Origin: Acholeplasmataceae bacterium
GTDB lineage: Bacteria; Bacillota_I; Bacilli_A; Acholeplasmatales; Acholeplasmataceae
Direction of reading: 5' to 3'
Assembly (NCBI GenBank): GCA_963675245.1
Contig: OY775910.1
Location: forward strand, 576,001 to 640,000
Length of the DNA: 64,000 bases
Positions 33,853 through 44,150 of this stretch are shown here, in pieces. Under the pieces are notes generated by a model. It had not been told where the DNA came from. It made no database searches and saw only the letters and a program-made list of their open reading frames with translations. Every line of letters begins with the position of its first letter. Position 1 is the stretch's first letter. The position numbers and the translations under genes are program-made.

Positions 33853-34908
33853 CTAATGATCAACTTTACTTTTGTTTACGTGCTTAATCTTTTTAATCAT
33901 CAAATATATAACGGGTACCGCATAAATGCTTAACAACCAATAAAATCTTGGTATTTGGTCTTTGATAAATAAAAATGCTACTGGTATGGTTGTCCCAATC
34001 GACATAAAACAAATCGTAATTAAAATGAAGAATGCAAGTATTTCTGTTATCCACAAAAATGATTTTAATAATGCTTTTACGAAGTGATAACGTGAAGACG
34101 TTTTTGGCTTTTTTACTAAAAGATCTTCGTTTTCTTTTGATTTGAATGAAAGTGATACAATTGACACAATAATATTTAAAATGATAACAATGATCTTCGT
34201 TGTAAAAGTGATCGATTGTTGATTGATTTTAGTGCGCGTAATACGCACCAAATCAAAACCACCTCGTTCATATAATTTCATTTGAACATCATCATCTTTA
34301 AAAACTATGTATTCATGAAATATCCACTCATCATCTGAAATTAGCTCAATGTTATCCTCAGAAAAAAATATGTATTGCATATTAACATTCGGTTCATCAA
34401 CAACGCCTGAAACGACATATTCAATATCCCCTATGGTTATTGTTTCACCCACACTGTTAATGTGATCAAACATATCAATTGAAACTGACTTTGTTAGAAC
34501 AATTTGATTATTGTTTATAAATGCTCCACCAAATAAGAAGTCAAATTCATAAAAATTAAATAACGGACGGTAATACTCTTCCGTTGGCATGCCAACATTA
34601 AAAATATCGCTATCGCTGAACACAGCTTCATATCTAACATCATTAATTAATACAGTGTCTATTTTTATTGGGATTTCATCATCAAATGCAATAGTTGTGT
34701 TTGGTGTTTCAACATATTGATCATATGAATGTTGACTAATATACCCAACGTTGTCACTAAATGTATAATCTGTTGTTTCATAGTAAAGTAAAGATAATTG
34801 AAATGCAACGGGAATTAAAGCAATATTTACCACCAATAATAGCATACTGATGATTTTCTTCTTGATTTTTCCATGTTCTTGATATTTCTCTGTCAAACCA
34901 TCATTCAT
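33853..34908 (-). CDS. Membrane protein with MacB-like extracytoplasmic domain (ABC permease-like)
   Basis: One TM + ectodomain (SVGETITIGDIEYVVSGVV) + three TM. Confidence 0.6.
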   Translation of the reverse strand: MNDGLTEKYQEHGKIKKKIISMLLLVVNIALIPVAFQLSLLYYETTDYTFSDNVGYISQHSYDQYVETPNTTIAFDDEIPIKIDTVLINDVRYEAVFSDSDIFNVGMPTEEYYRPLFNFYEFDFLFGGAFINNNQIVLTKSVSIDMFDHINSVGETITIGDIEYVVSGVVDEPNVNMQYIFFSEDNIELISDDEWIFHEYIVFKDDDVQMKLYERGGFDLVRITRTKINQQSITFTTKIIVIILNIIVSIVSLSFKSKENEDLLVKKPKTSSRYHFVKALLKSFLWITEILAFFILITICFMSIGTTIPVAFLFIKDQIPRFYWLLSIYAVPVIYLMIKKIKHVNKSKVDH

Positions 34909-35043
34909 AAGCTTCCCCCACTATAAATTTTAGTTTTCAACGTGATTAACTGATTAAATTATAACATTTTTAAGTTCTGATAACTACTTTAATTTTTATT
35001 CATTAATAGGTTTATGGTTGACTGTAATCTGAAAATATATATT

Positions 35044-35086
35044 AAAAAGTCCTCAGTAATTGATACATATTCATTGAGGACTTTAA
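35044..35086 (-). terminator. Terminator after tocopherol-cyclase-like gene
   Basis: AAAGTCCTCA...TGAGGACTTT. Confidence 0.65.
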
Positions 35087-35087
35087 T

Positions 35088-36047
35088 CTATTTCATAATT
35101 TCTATACCAGCATGATAACCAATGTCTTCATAAATGATATTCTTCTCTTTATAAAGAGTCAAGGCTATCTCTCCAGATAAACCTTCTTTAATTTGATTAA
35201 TCATTTCTCCGTTGATAGGTGATGCAAGCGATGTTTCAACAATAGAATGAGCTTTAATATCCAATATGTATTTTCCTTTTTTTATTTTATAGTGCACTCG
35301 ATTTTTATGAATCTCTTCTAATATGACTTTGGCACAGTTATATGTTGCAAATCTATATTCTTTACTATCAACCACTAAGTTAACAATCAAACCTTTAAAA
35401 TATAATTTACCAAACGGTATATCCGCATAAGAAAACATAAACGATGTAGATGAATGACTAAAGTGATTAGATTGTAGCCAAACATAGGCACGTGGAAATG
35501 ATTTACCCCAATCTTTTTCGATATACCCTTTTTCGTGATTGAAATCGATGCTATGATTATTCGCCCTAAATGAACCTGATAGGATATGATTCATGCTCAC
35601 CACACCATGATAACACTCCATAAAATTCAAATAGGCAAATGGTCCCATAATATTTGGTGCGTATAATGATGTTCTCAAAGGTGTAAGATGTTGTAGCGTT
35701 ATCATACCATCAAGCTTTATATTTTGATCATCTATATGAATATTAACACTTGTTTTTGAGAAATGATTATCATCAATTGATATCATAAATGGTTTTTCTT
35801 GTGTGATAAAAGCTGTTGTTGGATATTTAATATAGTGCGTTTTTAATGTATGTTCTCTATCGTTTATTTCTGATATAAATATTTGAATAAATGCATGAGG
35901 ATCTTTTTTATTCAAACTAATTCCGGGAATTAATGCCAGTGTAAAGTCATTCTTTTCACTGACAAACTTATAGTACCAACCTTCAAAATAGTTGTTTTTT
36001 TTATGAATGCCTTGATACAATTCTGGATTTTTTATTCGTTTGAACAT
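35088..36047 (-). CDS. Tocopherol cyclase family protein
   Basis: YFEGWYYK, IMGPF, MECYHGVVSM and GYIEKDWGKSFP..YVW.QSN. Confidence 0.85.
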   Translation of the reverse strand: MFKRIKNPELYQGIHKKNNYFEGWYYKFVSEKNDFTLALIPGISLNKKDPHAFIQIFISEINDREHTLKTHYIKYPTTAFITQEKPFMISIDDNHFSKTSVNIHIDDQNIKLDGMITLQHLTPLRTSLYAPNIMGPFAYLNFMECYHGVVSMNHILSGSFRANNHSIDFNHEKGYIEKDWGKSFPRAYVWLQSNHFSHSSTSFMFSYADIPFGKLYFKGLIVNLVVDSKEYRFATYNCAKVILEEIHKNRVHYKIKKGKYILDIKAHSIVETSLASPINGEMINQIKEGLSGEIALTLYKEKNIIYEDIGYHAGIEIMK

Positions 36048-36092
36048 TCTATGCTCCTAACTAAGTGTCACTTTTATATATCGTTTTATATT

Positions 36093-36821
36093 TCATTTAA
36101 ACGTTTTTTCTATTTCTTTAACAATTTTATTCCGTGTGAAAGAGTAGGTATGAAATATGGTTTGTTCTAACAAGTATGGTTCATTATATGTTTTTGTAAG
36201 TGCATATAATGAGTCTAGGATTTCTTGATAAGAAATTTGGTTTTTCCGATACTGTTCAATATGTTTGAAATACGTTTCTTTATCGCTATGTGTTATATTT
36301 TTTTTAAAATATCCATACATATGCGTTAATGTGTTTTCACGATTTTGATTCGTGGGTGTTAGTGCAAACAATTGATCTAATTTCTCTTCATACTTTAATT
36401 GTATGATTTCATTTGCTAGTTGTTCTTTATTAGCAATTAAACGTCCCATTTCTTTTAGTATATGTTGATGATATGTCATAAATAGATATTTATTTATCGA
36501 TTGAAATGAAACAAGTTTCCTATATGAAAAATCTTTTTTAATCTGCTCAAATAATGCTAATTGAGACAGTTTGTTTAAACACTCGTTATCAATATATGTG
36601 ACTGATTTTAGCATTATCGTTTTGATATCTTTGTCTCTAAATTGATCGATACATTTATCGTTGTTTGCAATAATCACCAATAAATCAATCTTTAAAGCAT
36701 CAAACGTTTCGCTAAGATTATCGATATGATGTAACTCGGATTGTTGATCAAAATATATACCTTTAAGTTTATAACAGCTATATATATAAATCGTTGGGGA
36801 TGTTTGATTCAAATATCTCAC
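36093..36821 (-). CDS. DUF1722 (YbgA-like) domain protein
   Basis: C-terminal KYLFM, NTLTHMYGYFK and YLLEQT motifs; GTG start. Confidence 0.7.
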   Translation of the reverse strand: MRYLNQTSPTIYIYSCYKLKGIYFDQQSELHHIDNLSETFDALKIDLLVIIANNDKCIDQFRDKDIKTIMLKSVTYIDNECLNKLSQLALFEQIKKDFSYRKLVSFQSINKYLFMTYHQHILKEMGRLIANKEQLANEIIQLKYEEKLDQLFALTPTNQNRENTLTHMYGYFKKNITHSDKETYFKHIEQYRKNQISYQEILDSLYALTKTYNEPYLLEQTIFHTYSFTRNKIVKEIEKTFK

Positions 36822-36947
36822 CTTATTTTATTGATTGTTTAGCATGTGATTGCATATAGGGAATGTGTTTCAAATTATATCATATTGCGTGTCTGATCAA
36901 TAATGATTAACAATCGTTAGTGTCGTTTTCTTCGTAACTTATCATAT

Positions 36948-36976
36948 AAAAAAAGTTCATATGATATGAACTTTAT
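36948..36976 (-). terminator. Terminator after diguanylate cyclase
   Basis: AAAGTTCATA...TATGAACTTT with U-tract on minus strand. Confidence 0.65.
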
Positions 36977-36987
36977 TAGTCGTTTAA

Positions 36988-37887
36988 TTATTTAATAACA
37001 CTCTGGTTTTTCCCGTTCTTTTTTGCTTCATACATATATTCATCTGCACGCTTAATAAGTGATTTTTGATCATCATTATCATTAAATAACGATCCACCTA
37101 TTGAAACAGTTACATCTATTGTCTTGCCGTCTTCCATGATATAACTTGATCCCTGTACAACGTGTCTTAATCTTTCGGCAATCATCAGCAAAGCTTCGTT
37201 GTTATCTACATTAATCAATCCAACAAACTCTTCCCCACCCCACCTACTAATTAAATCAGGTTTAGCTACATTAGATGCCAATGATTTCGCAACAATTTTC
37301 AATACTTCATCGCCAATCAAGTGACCATACGTATCATTAACATGTTTGAAGTCATCAATATCAATGATTAACAGACCAAATATATTCTTAAAAGTCTTTG
37401 CTTCATCAATACGCTTTGAAAATTGAAAATCAAAGAAATGCCGGTTAGCAGTGTTTGTAAGTGGATCTGTTTTTAGCTTATCTTTTAATTTTACATTTTC
37501 CTCGTAAATGTGCCGTTGAAAACGTTCATCTGTAAACACCTCTATCGCAGCAACGATATGATTGTCTTGGTCATATATAGGTTGTGTTTTAACATTAACT
37601 GGTATACGATAACCGTCTTTATGTTTAAGATAGATTCTTGCTTTATTAACAATGCCTTTTTTAATCGTATCCAACAGCGGACATCCCATGATGCACAGTT
37701 TATTTCCTTGTTCATCAATGTGTTGTAAGATATTGTCATAACAATAACTATTCAATACTTCTTCAGCTGTATATCCTGTAATGATTTCACAACCTTCATT
37801 CCAAAAAATAATTTTGCGTGCTTTGTCTACGACATAAACACCTTCATATAAATATGGAATAAGACTCTCTTCGTATTTGGTTTTCAT
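36988..37887 (-). CDS. PAS-domain diguanylate cyclase
   Basis: PAS (IIFWNEGCE.ITGY..EE) plus DPLT, DIDDFK.VND.YGH..GD and RWGGEEF. Confidence 0.92.
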   Translation of the reverse strand: MKTKYEESLIPYLYEGVYVVDKARKIIFWNEGCEIITGYTAEEVLNSYCYDNILQHIDEQGNKLCIMGCPLLDTIKKGIVNKARIYLKHKDGYRIPVNVKTQPIYDQDNHIVAAIEVFTDERFQRHIYEENVKLKDKLKTDPLTNTANRHFFDFQFSKRIDEAKTFKNIFGLLIIDIDDFKHVNDTYGHLIGDEVLKIVAKSLASNVAKPDLISRWGGEEFVGLINVDNNEALLMIAERLRHVVQGSSYIMEDGKTIDVTVSIGGSLFNDNDDQKSLIKRADEYMYEAKKNGKNQSVIK

Positions 37888-38238
37888 GCTTTACTCCTTT
37901 ATGGGATAATACGAAAATAATTGTCTCGTATCACATTTCCAGTATGTCTATTCACTCTATTTTATCACGTATCGCATCCATATGACGACAGTGATATAAA
38001 ACATGTCGAATTTTTATGCTCATATGTCTTCATTTTTCTCTACTATGATGTACCTGTAATAGATTTTTTTGACTCAATATTACTTATTTAAAACTAATAT
38101 GTATGGACTTATTAGGTTTGAAAAAGACCATCGCATATCTGTGATGATCTGTTTAAGTCATAATTGGAAACTATATAAGTTCGCCATTTAACTCGAATCT
38201 TTTAAACCTTTGTTAATTTATGGTTAAATTAATCACTT

Positions 38239-39085
38239 TTATTGTTTATCCATATTGTATCTGTTTTTTGTAACTTCATATAAGACGAGCATGGTGTCGA
38301 TTATCAACATATAGCTCAAAAAAAATACCCAATAATAATCATCTTTCACAATAACATACCATCTTTCAGGTGATGTAAAGGAAGAGTACCATTGATGAAC
38401 GCTATACGAATTCATATATAACCAACAAACGACTACCCATATAAAGTTGGTAGCAATAATGATTAAATGACTAAATCTATTCTTTGCTTTTCTAATAAAC
38501 AAGTACACACCATACAAGATGACTAATAAAATTGCAGACAAAGTAGTCCAAGATGCAAGAGGGTAAAGAAAGTCTAAATATCCCATGGCCTCTTGAATAG
38601 TATATGACGATAAATCAACGAATATCCACAAATTCCTAAATAACTCAAACAACGGAAGTATACTCAAAAGGATATACCATTTTGAAAATTTTATTGACGC
38701 ATATACAATGGTAGAAAAAATAATAAGTTGAATGCATAACCACATTGGTAACCCTTGTAAAACTAGCATTAATATACTTAACAATATATTCACTAAGATT
38801 AATACAGAATAAAATACATTATTCCTTACTATATCATTGAATTTTTTAAGTCCTTTTTTTGTTTTTATATTTAAATATCGAGATATTACTGATGTTTCCA
38901 TCCATTAAATCGTTCATTTGAATTTGATAGATTTTTGATATTCTTTCAAGCATATAAATATCTGGAATTGTTCTATCGTTTTCCCATGAACTAACTGTTT
39001 TAGGCGAAACAAACAACTGATCGGATAATTCTTGTTGTGTTAAGTGATGTTCTTCTCTTATTCTTTTTAGTATTTGGCTTATCAT
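38239..39085 (-). pseudogene. XRE-HTH + membrane-domain regulator split by a +1 frameshift
   Basis: HTH ORF 38846-39085 overlaps membrane ORF 38239-38901; deleting one base of the 7-nt homopolymer at 38854-38860 fuses them (...KNKKGLKKF...). Confidence 0.6.
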
Positions 39086-39335
39086 TTGATTCCCCTCGGT
39101 ATGCGATAATCATTATTTTAATTATACCAAATCATTAATTAAATGTTTTTTTATCTATTATCTACAATATGTAGACTTAAAGTTTATTATCTATTCATTA
39201 AGTTGATAAATTATATTAACATAAAATATTGAAATTATTTTGTCTTGTAAAAAACATATAAATGTCCTTATTTCTATACATAAATTGCTTAGTTTGATAT
39301 AAGCTTTTGACTATGTGAGTTTTCTTCTCAAATAA

Positions 39336-39395
39336 ATGAAAAAAGCCCATTTCATAAGTGAAATAGGCTTATACTTATCATTTTGGTGACCCGTA
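39336..39395. repeat. 60-bp direct repeat copy 1 (tRNA-Glu 3' end + terminator; att-like)
   Basis: 57/60 identical to 40541-40600; includes TGGTGACCCGTA, the last 12 nt of tRNA-Glu. Confidence 0.9.
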
Positions 39396-39427
39396 TTGGT
39401 TCCACGTTTTTAACCAAAAAATATGAA

Positions 39428-39745
39428 TTAAACTAAACAGACGATTATCATCATTAAAAAATTAAGTACACCCGCTACCCCTATAGCAACAATGGCGTAT
39501 AATACTTTACTAATACTTCTCCCAAACTTAATTCCAAATAGTGATGTAACTCCTGACAGAATTAAACCTACAATATAATAAGTAATTTGATGTTTAAATA
39601 AAAAACTCAATATTGATTCATTTAAAAGTGTATACATGGCATTGTTCAAAGTAATAAGTATATTGAAGAAAAAAGTTATAGTCGGTATAAATCCTATTGT
39701 AAAGATAAATAGTATGATCAAAAAAACAGCTTTGCTTTTATTCAT
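39428..39745 (-). CDS. Hypothetical small membrane protein
   Basis: 105 aa, about 3 TM; overlaps stop of upstream ORF. Confidence 0.6.
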   Translation of the reverse strand: MNKSKAVFLIILFIFTIGFIPTITFFFNILITLNNAMYTLLNESILSFLFKHQITYYIVGLILSGVTSLFGIKFGRSISKVLYAIVAIGVAGVLNFLMMIIVCLV

Positions 39746-40256
39746 GAATTTGTGTGTTGTTCTTTAGTATCTCAAAGATTCTAATTATTTGTTTTTCAGA
39801 GTATTTATTAATAACTATTTGTTCAATTTTATCAGTAAGCATTATTTCAATGCATTTTAGCTTTTGTTGTCCATATATGATAAACCTTTCATTGCCATAT
39901 TTATAGGTAAATTTAAGTGTTTCACCATGTGAGTTAGTATGTTCTTTCATCTCAACTATATTTATTGCTTTGATATAAGCATATTCAATCACTGTCGCTT
40001 TTTGGATCTGACTGGTTTCAATTGCAAAGTCTCCACGAACTTTAATATAATTTTCCTTAAATACTAATGTTGAAAATGAAAACATAATTAAACTGAATAA
40101 TAGCCAACTCAGTACAATTGAAAAAATAATAGTAATTAATATATCTTCGTTAGAAATCAAAATGAAAAATCCTGTAATAATAATAAAACCAGCAAAAAAC
40201 ACTAGGATTGATCTTAATCCTAACGAAATAAATCTCCTTTTTATTATACTTTTCAT
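39738..40256 (-). CDS. Hypothetical membrane protein
   Basis: Two N-terminal TM + soluble domain; SD AAGGGGG before ATG 40256. Confidence 0.6.
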   Translation of the reverse strand: MKSIIKRRFISLGLRSILVFFAGFIIITGFFILISNEDILITIIFSIVLSWLLFSLIMFSFSTLVFKENYIKVRGDFAIETSQIQKATVIEYAYIKAINIVEMKEHTNSHGETLKFTYKYGNERFIIYGQQKLKCIEIMLTDKIEQIVINKYSEKQIIRIFEILKNNTQIHE

Positions 40257-40540
40257 GATATAACCCCCTTTAACCATGTCTAGTTTAAATTAATTTTATC
40301 ATATGAAACCCTACTATAACTCTATTATTCATAAAAACATAGAAACTTATATGCGTATAAGTTAATTTATTTGAACAAGTTTTCGAGAATTACTAAAGAC
40401 TTTCTTTATTAAATACTGTTTGCAGCTTATATATACATAAGTTCAATAATCCTTTTTCTTTATGTGGAAAATCTACAATTTTTTAATGATTTTATGTTTG
40501 TTTTAATGCTTTAACTTTTTTGTTATTTATATGAATTTTT

Positions 40541-40600
40541 ATGAAAAAAGCCTATTTCATTAATGAAATAGGCTTATACTTATCATTTTGGTGACCCGTA
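40541..40600. repeat. 60-bp direct repeat copy 2 (tRNA-Glu 3' end and tRNA operon terminator)
   Basis: Perfect hairpin AAGCCTATTTCAT-TA-ATGAAATAGGCTT with U-tract on minus strand; matches 39336-39395. Confidence 0.9.
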
Positions 40601-40664
40601 CGGGATTCGAACCCGTGAATGCATGCGTGAAAGGCATGTGAGTTAACCGTTTCTCCAACGGGCC
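40589..40664 (-). tRNA. tRNA-Glu(TTC)
   Basis: GGCCCGTTGGAGAAACGG...CATGC-CTTTCAC-GCATG...GGTTCGAATCC...GGGTCACCA; 76 nt with encoded CCA. Confidence 0.97.
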
Positions 40665-40669
40665 AAAGG

Positions 40670-40761
40670 TGGCGGAGTAGAAGGGATTTGAACCCTTGCG
40701 CCGGTTTCCCAGCCTACACCCTTAGCAGGGGCGCCTCTTCAGCCAACTTGAGTACTACTCC
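40670..40761 (-). tRNA. tRNA-Ser(GCT)
   Basis: GGAGTAGTACTCAAGTTGG...CGCCC-CTGCTAA-GGGTG, long variable arm, GGTTCAAATCC...CTCCGCCA. Confidence 0.97.
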
Positions 40762-40795
40762 GTTTATCTATAAAGGTGCTTGTTTGCGCCTTTAT

Positions 40796-40824
40796 AGAAT
40801 ATCTTAAATTTAACTAATTGTCAA
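40796..40824 (-). promoter_or_regulatory. tRNA operon promoter
   Basis: Minus strand TTGACA-N17-TATTCT followed by GC-rich GGCGC. Confidence 0.7.
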
Positions 40825-40830
40825 TGCTTT

Positions 40831-42996
40831 TTAGTTCTTTATCATTGAGAGTCCGACTTTTCCTTTTTGTAGATCAATCTTAATGACATAAACCTTGACG
40901 ATATCACCTACATTGAGTACGTCTTTCGGATGTTTAATGTAGCGATTTGAGATTTTAGAAATATGGAGTAATCCATCTTCTTTTAATCCAATATCAACAA
41001 ATGCCCCAAAGTCTACAACATTACGCACAGTACCTTCTAATTCCATACCTATTGATAAATCATCAATCTTTAAGATATCACTTCTTAAAAGAGGTTGTGC
41101 AAATTGATCACGGGGGTCTCTTAATGGTGCAACAAACGCGTCAATAATATCATTCAATGTATATTCATCCACATCTAATTCTCTCATCAATTGTGCGCGA
41201 TCCATATATTGCAAGAAGAGTTGAACTTCAGGTTTGCCAAACATATCACCTGTAATATTATAACGTTTCATAATCTCTTTAGCAACACCATAACTTTCAG
41301 GGTGAACAGCCGTCATATCAAGTGCTTCATCACCTTCAGGGATACGTAAGAACCCAATGGATTGTTCAAATGATTTTTCACCTAATTTTGGCACTTTTAA
41401 TATATCTTCACGACGATTAAAACGGCCGACTTTGTTTCTGTATTTAACAATGTTTTCTGCACTTGATTTATTAAGACCAGACACATACATTAATAATGCT
41501 TTAGATGCTGTATTGACATTAACACCAACACTATTAACTGCTTGTGTTACAACAAAGTTTAATGAATCATTTAACTTTTTAGGTGCAACATCGTGTTGGT
41601 ATTGACCAACGCCTATACTTTTGGGATCAATTTTAACAAGTTCTGAAAGTGGATCTTGAAGACGTCTTGCAATAGATGCTGCAGATCTTTCTTCAACAGA
41701 GAAATCTGGAAACTCTTCTCTAGCAAGTTCACTTGCCGAATACACTGAAGCGCCAGCTTCATTAACGATGACATATTGGACTTTCATCGCTGTCGTTTTA
41801 ATTAAATCAACCACAAAACTTTCTGTTTCACGTGATGCTGTACCATTACCAATCGCGATGATTTGTACTTTATATTTATGGATTAAACGTAACAGTGTAC
41901 GTTGTGATTCCATGGTTTGTTGTTCTGTGATAGTACCACCTTTCGTCTTTTCATGCGGATAAATCACACCTTTTTCTAAAACAGTACCTAATTCATTAAC
42001 AACGCTTAGTTTACATCCTGTTCTAAAAGCGGGGTCAATACCTAAGACAACCTTACCTTTTAGAGGCGGTTGTAGTAATAGTTTTTGAAGATTATCAGCG
42101 AAAACCTCAATCGCTTGCTCTTCTGCTTTTTCAGTTAGTTCTGATCTAACATCTCTTTCAAGTGATGGATAAATAAGTCTTTTTAGAGAGTCAGCAATTG
42201 CATCTTTAATGAATGGCGTTGCAGTAGATAATTGATTTTTAATCACTTTCTTTTCAAGATAAGAAGTCATGATATCTTTATCTAAATCAATTTTAGCTGT
42301 GATGACCTTTTCTTTTTCTGCACGGTTAACTGCGAGAATTCTGTGTGGTTTTAATTGTTTAACAGGTTCTGTGTAATCATAATACATTTCATACACGGCA
42401 CGTTCATCTTCTGCATCTTTCTTTTTACTTGAAACAAGATTACCCATTTTAACCATTTCTGCTCTTAATGCTTTACGATAGTTAGCGTCATCAGAAATCT
42501 TTTCGGCAATAATGTACTGCGCCCCTTCAATTGCTTCTTTAACTGTTTTGACTTTATCTTTGACAAATTGTTTCGCATACGCTTTAACGTCATCTTCAGG
42601 AAATGTTAATAACCAATCAGCGAGTGGTTCTAAGCCTTTTGCGATTGCTTCGGTTGCTTTTGTCTTTTTCTTTTCCTTATATGGACGGTAAAGGTCTTCA
42701 ACTTCAACTAACTTTTCAGCTTTTAAAATCTCTGCTTTAAGTTCATCTGTTAACATACCTTTTTCATCAATTAAGCGGATAACAGCATCTTTTCTTTCTA
42801 AAAGATTGTTTTGATACTCCCATGTTTTATGGATTTCATTAATCTGTTCTTCATCAAGACCACCAGTCGCTTCTTTACGATATCTGGCGATAAAGGGAAT
42901 AGTGTTTCCTTCGTTTAATAAGTCTAATACAGTAGTCACTTGTTTAGCAGAAATGCCTAACCCTTTTCTAATTTCTGTAATAATTTGTTCGTTCAT
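40831..42996 (-). CDS. tex: Tex family RNA-binding transcription accessory protein
   Basis: TIPFIARYRKEATG, GIDPAFRTGCK, EAGASVYSAS and C-terminal S1 domain. Confidence 0.95.
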   Translation of the reverse strand: MNEQIITEIRKGLGISAKQVTTVLDLLNEGNTIPFIARYRKEATGGLDEEQINEIHKTWEYQNNLLERKDAVIRLIDEKGMLTDELKAEILKAEKLVEVEDLYRPYKEKKKTKATEAIAKGLEPLADWLLTFPEDDVKAYAKQFVKDKVKTVKEAIEGAQYIIAEKISDDANYRKALRAEMVKMGNLVSSKKKDAEDERAVYEMYYDYTEPVKQLKPHRILAVNRAEKEKVITAKIDLDKDIMTSYLEKKVIKNQLSTATPFIKDAIADSLKRLIYPSLERDVRSELTEKAEEQAIEVFADNLQKLLLQPPLKGKVVLGIDPAFRTGCKLSVVNELGTVLEKGVIYPHEKTKGGTITEQQTMESQRTLLRLIHKYKVQIIAIGNGTASRETESFVVDLIKTTAMKVQYVIVNEAGASVYSASELAREEFPDFSVEERSAASIARRLQDPLSELVKIDPKSIGVGQYQHDVAPKKLNDSLNFVVTQAVNSVGVNVNTASKALLMYVSGLNKSSAENIVKYRNKVGRFNRREDILKVPKLGEKSFEQSIGFLRIPEGDEALDMTAVHPESYGVAKEIMKRYNITGDMFGKPEVQLFLQYMDRAQLMRELDVDEYTLNDIIDAFVAPLRDPRDQFAQPLLRSDILKIDDLSIGMELEGTVRNVVDFGAFVDIGLKEDGLLHISKISNRYIKHPKDVLNVGDIVKVYVIKIDLQKGKVGLSMIKN

Positions 42997-43042
42997 GCGA
43001 GCCTCCATTTATAGCACAAAAGGGCAATTTGCCCTCTTATTT

Positions 43043-43723
43043 TTATTCTAAGTTTGTAAGTGTTGATAAGATATCGTTAATATCAATTGTCAGTGTGAAT
43101 TCATTGGCATTAACATCAAATGTCAGTAACATATTTTCTGCTTCAGAATCAAGATTTAAATGAGTAAAGCTTGTATTTTCGAATATGCTGGCATTAATTG
43201 TAGCATCCAAATCTAAGAAGAATACCGCGCGATAATCATCATCTGGATTGTCTTCTAATAATGTCATTGTAGGAATACCACCTACTGTTGATGATATAGC
43301 ACCTGTATGATCTTTTACAGCTGCAGCGATTTCATCGTTAATCATTGAACTATGATAGAAATATATATAGAAGTAATTGTTACTTTGATACAATTTATTG
43401 ATATCTTCATAGCCATCTTGTTTTAATGTGTCTGAATCGACATACTGTCCAAGATCTTCATAGTATTTTGTTAATGGAACTAGTTCTGTAACTGAAATCA
43501 CAACGTAATCTTCAAATGGATCATCAGCTGCTCTATCAACATAATATTGAACTATGAAAATAATGGCGATAATAATGACAGCTAAACCGATCACGCTCAT
43601 TCCTATTTTGAAAAATAGTATTTCTTTTGGAGAAGCTTCTCTTGGATCGCGAGGTTGTTGCTGTTGTGGCTTTGATTGTTTCTTATTATTTATTTGATTT
43701 TGTTTTTTCTTCTTGTTTGCCAT
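43043..43723 (-). CDS. Hypothetical membrane-anchored protein
   Basis: K/Q-rich N-terminus, one TM, acidic C-terminal domain. Confidence 0.7.
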   Translation of the reverse strand: MANKKKKQNQINNKKQSKPQQQQPRDPREASPKEILFFKIGMSVIGLAVIIIAIIFIVQYYVDRAADDPFEDYVVISVTELVPLTKYYEDLGQYVDSDTLKQDGYEDINKLYQSNNYFYIYFYHSSMINDEIAAAVKDHTGAISSTVGGIPTMTLLEDNPDDDYRAVFFLDLDATINASIFENTSFTHLNLDSEAENMLLTFDVNANEFTLTIDINDILSTLTNLE

Positions 43724-43793
43724 GTGGTCACATCCTATTCTATGAAAATTATAGCGGAAATCACTACAAATTACAATAATATGGGTAAATATG

Positions 43794-44150
43794 TTAAGTA
43801 ATTTCTAAAATCACATATGCTATAGCATATTCTTTTGTATGTGCAATTGATAAATGAACAATAACATCCTTAAGGATATCTGGTTTGTCAACTAAATACG
43901 GTTTACCGTTGGCACCATTCAAGATCACGAAATCTTTGAAGTTCATCTGCCCTGTTCCTGTGGAAATTGCCTTTGAGAGTGCTTCTTTGCAAGCGAATCT
44001 TCCACCAAGAAAAGTAAGCCTTCTTGACACATCAGTTATCGTATCATAAATCACGCGTTCTTTCTCATTTAAAACACGGTTGATAAATGATTCACCTTTA
44101 TCTTTAAGACGTCCTAAATCAACGATATCAGTTCCTATACTTTTAATCAT
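43794..44150 (-). CDS. acpS: Holo-ACP synthase
   Basis: IGTDIV, GRFACKEALSKA, GKP and LSIAH. Confidence 0.95.
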   Translation of the reverse strand: MIKSIGTDIVDLGRLKDKGESFINRVLNEKERVIYDTITDVSRRLTFLGGRFACKEALSKAISTGTGQMNFKDFVILNGANGKPYLVDKPDILKDVIVHLSIAHTKEYAIAYVILEIT

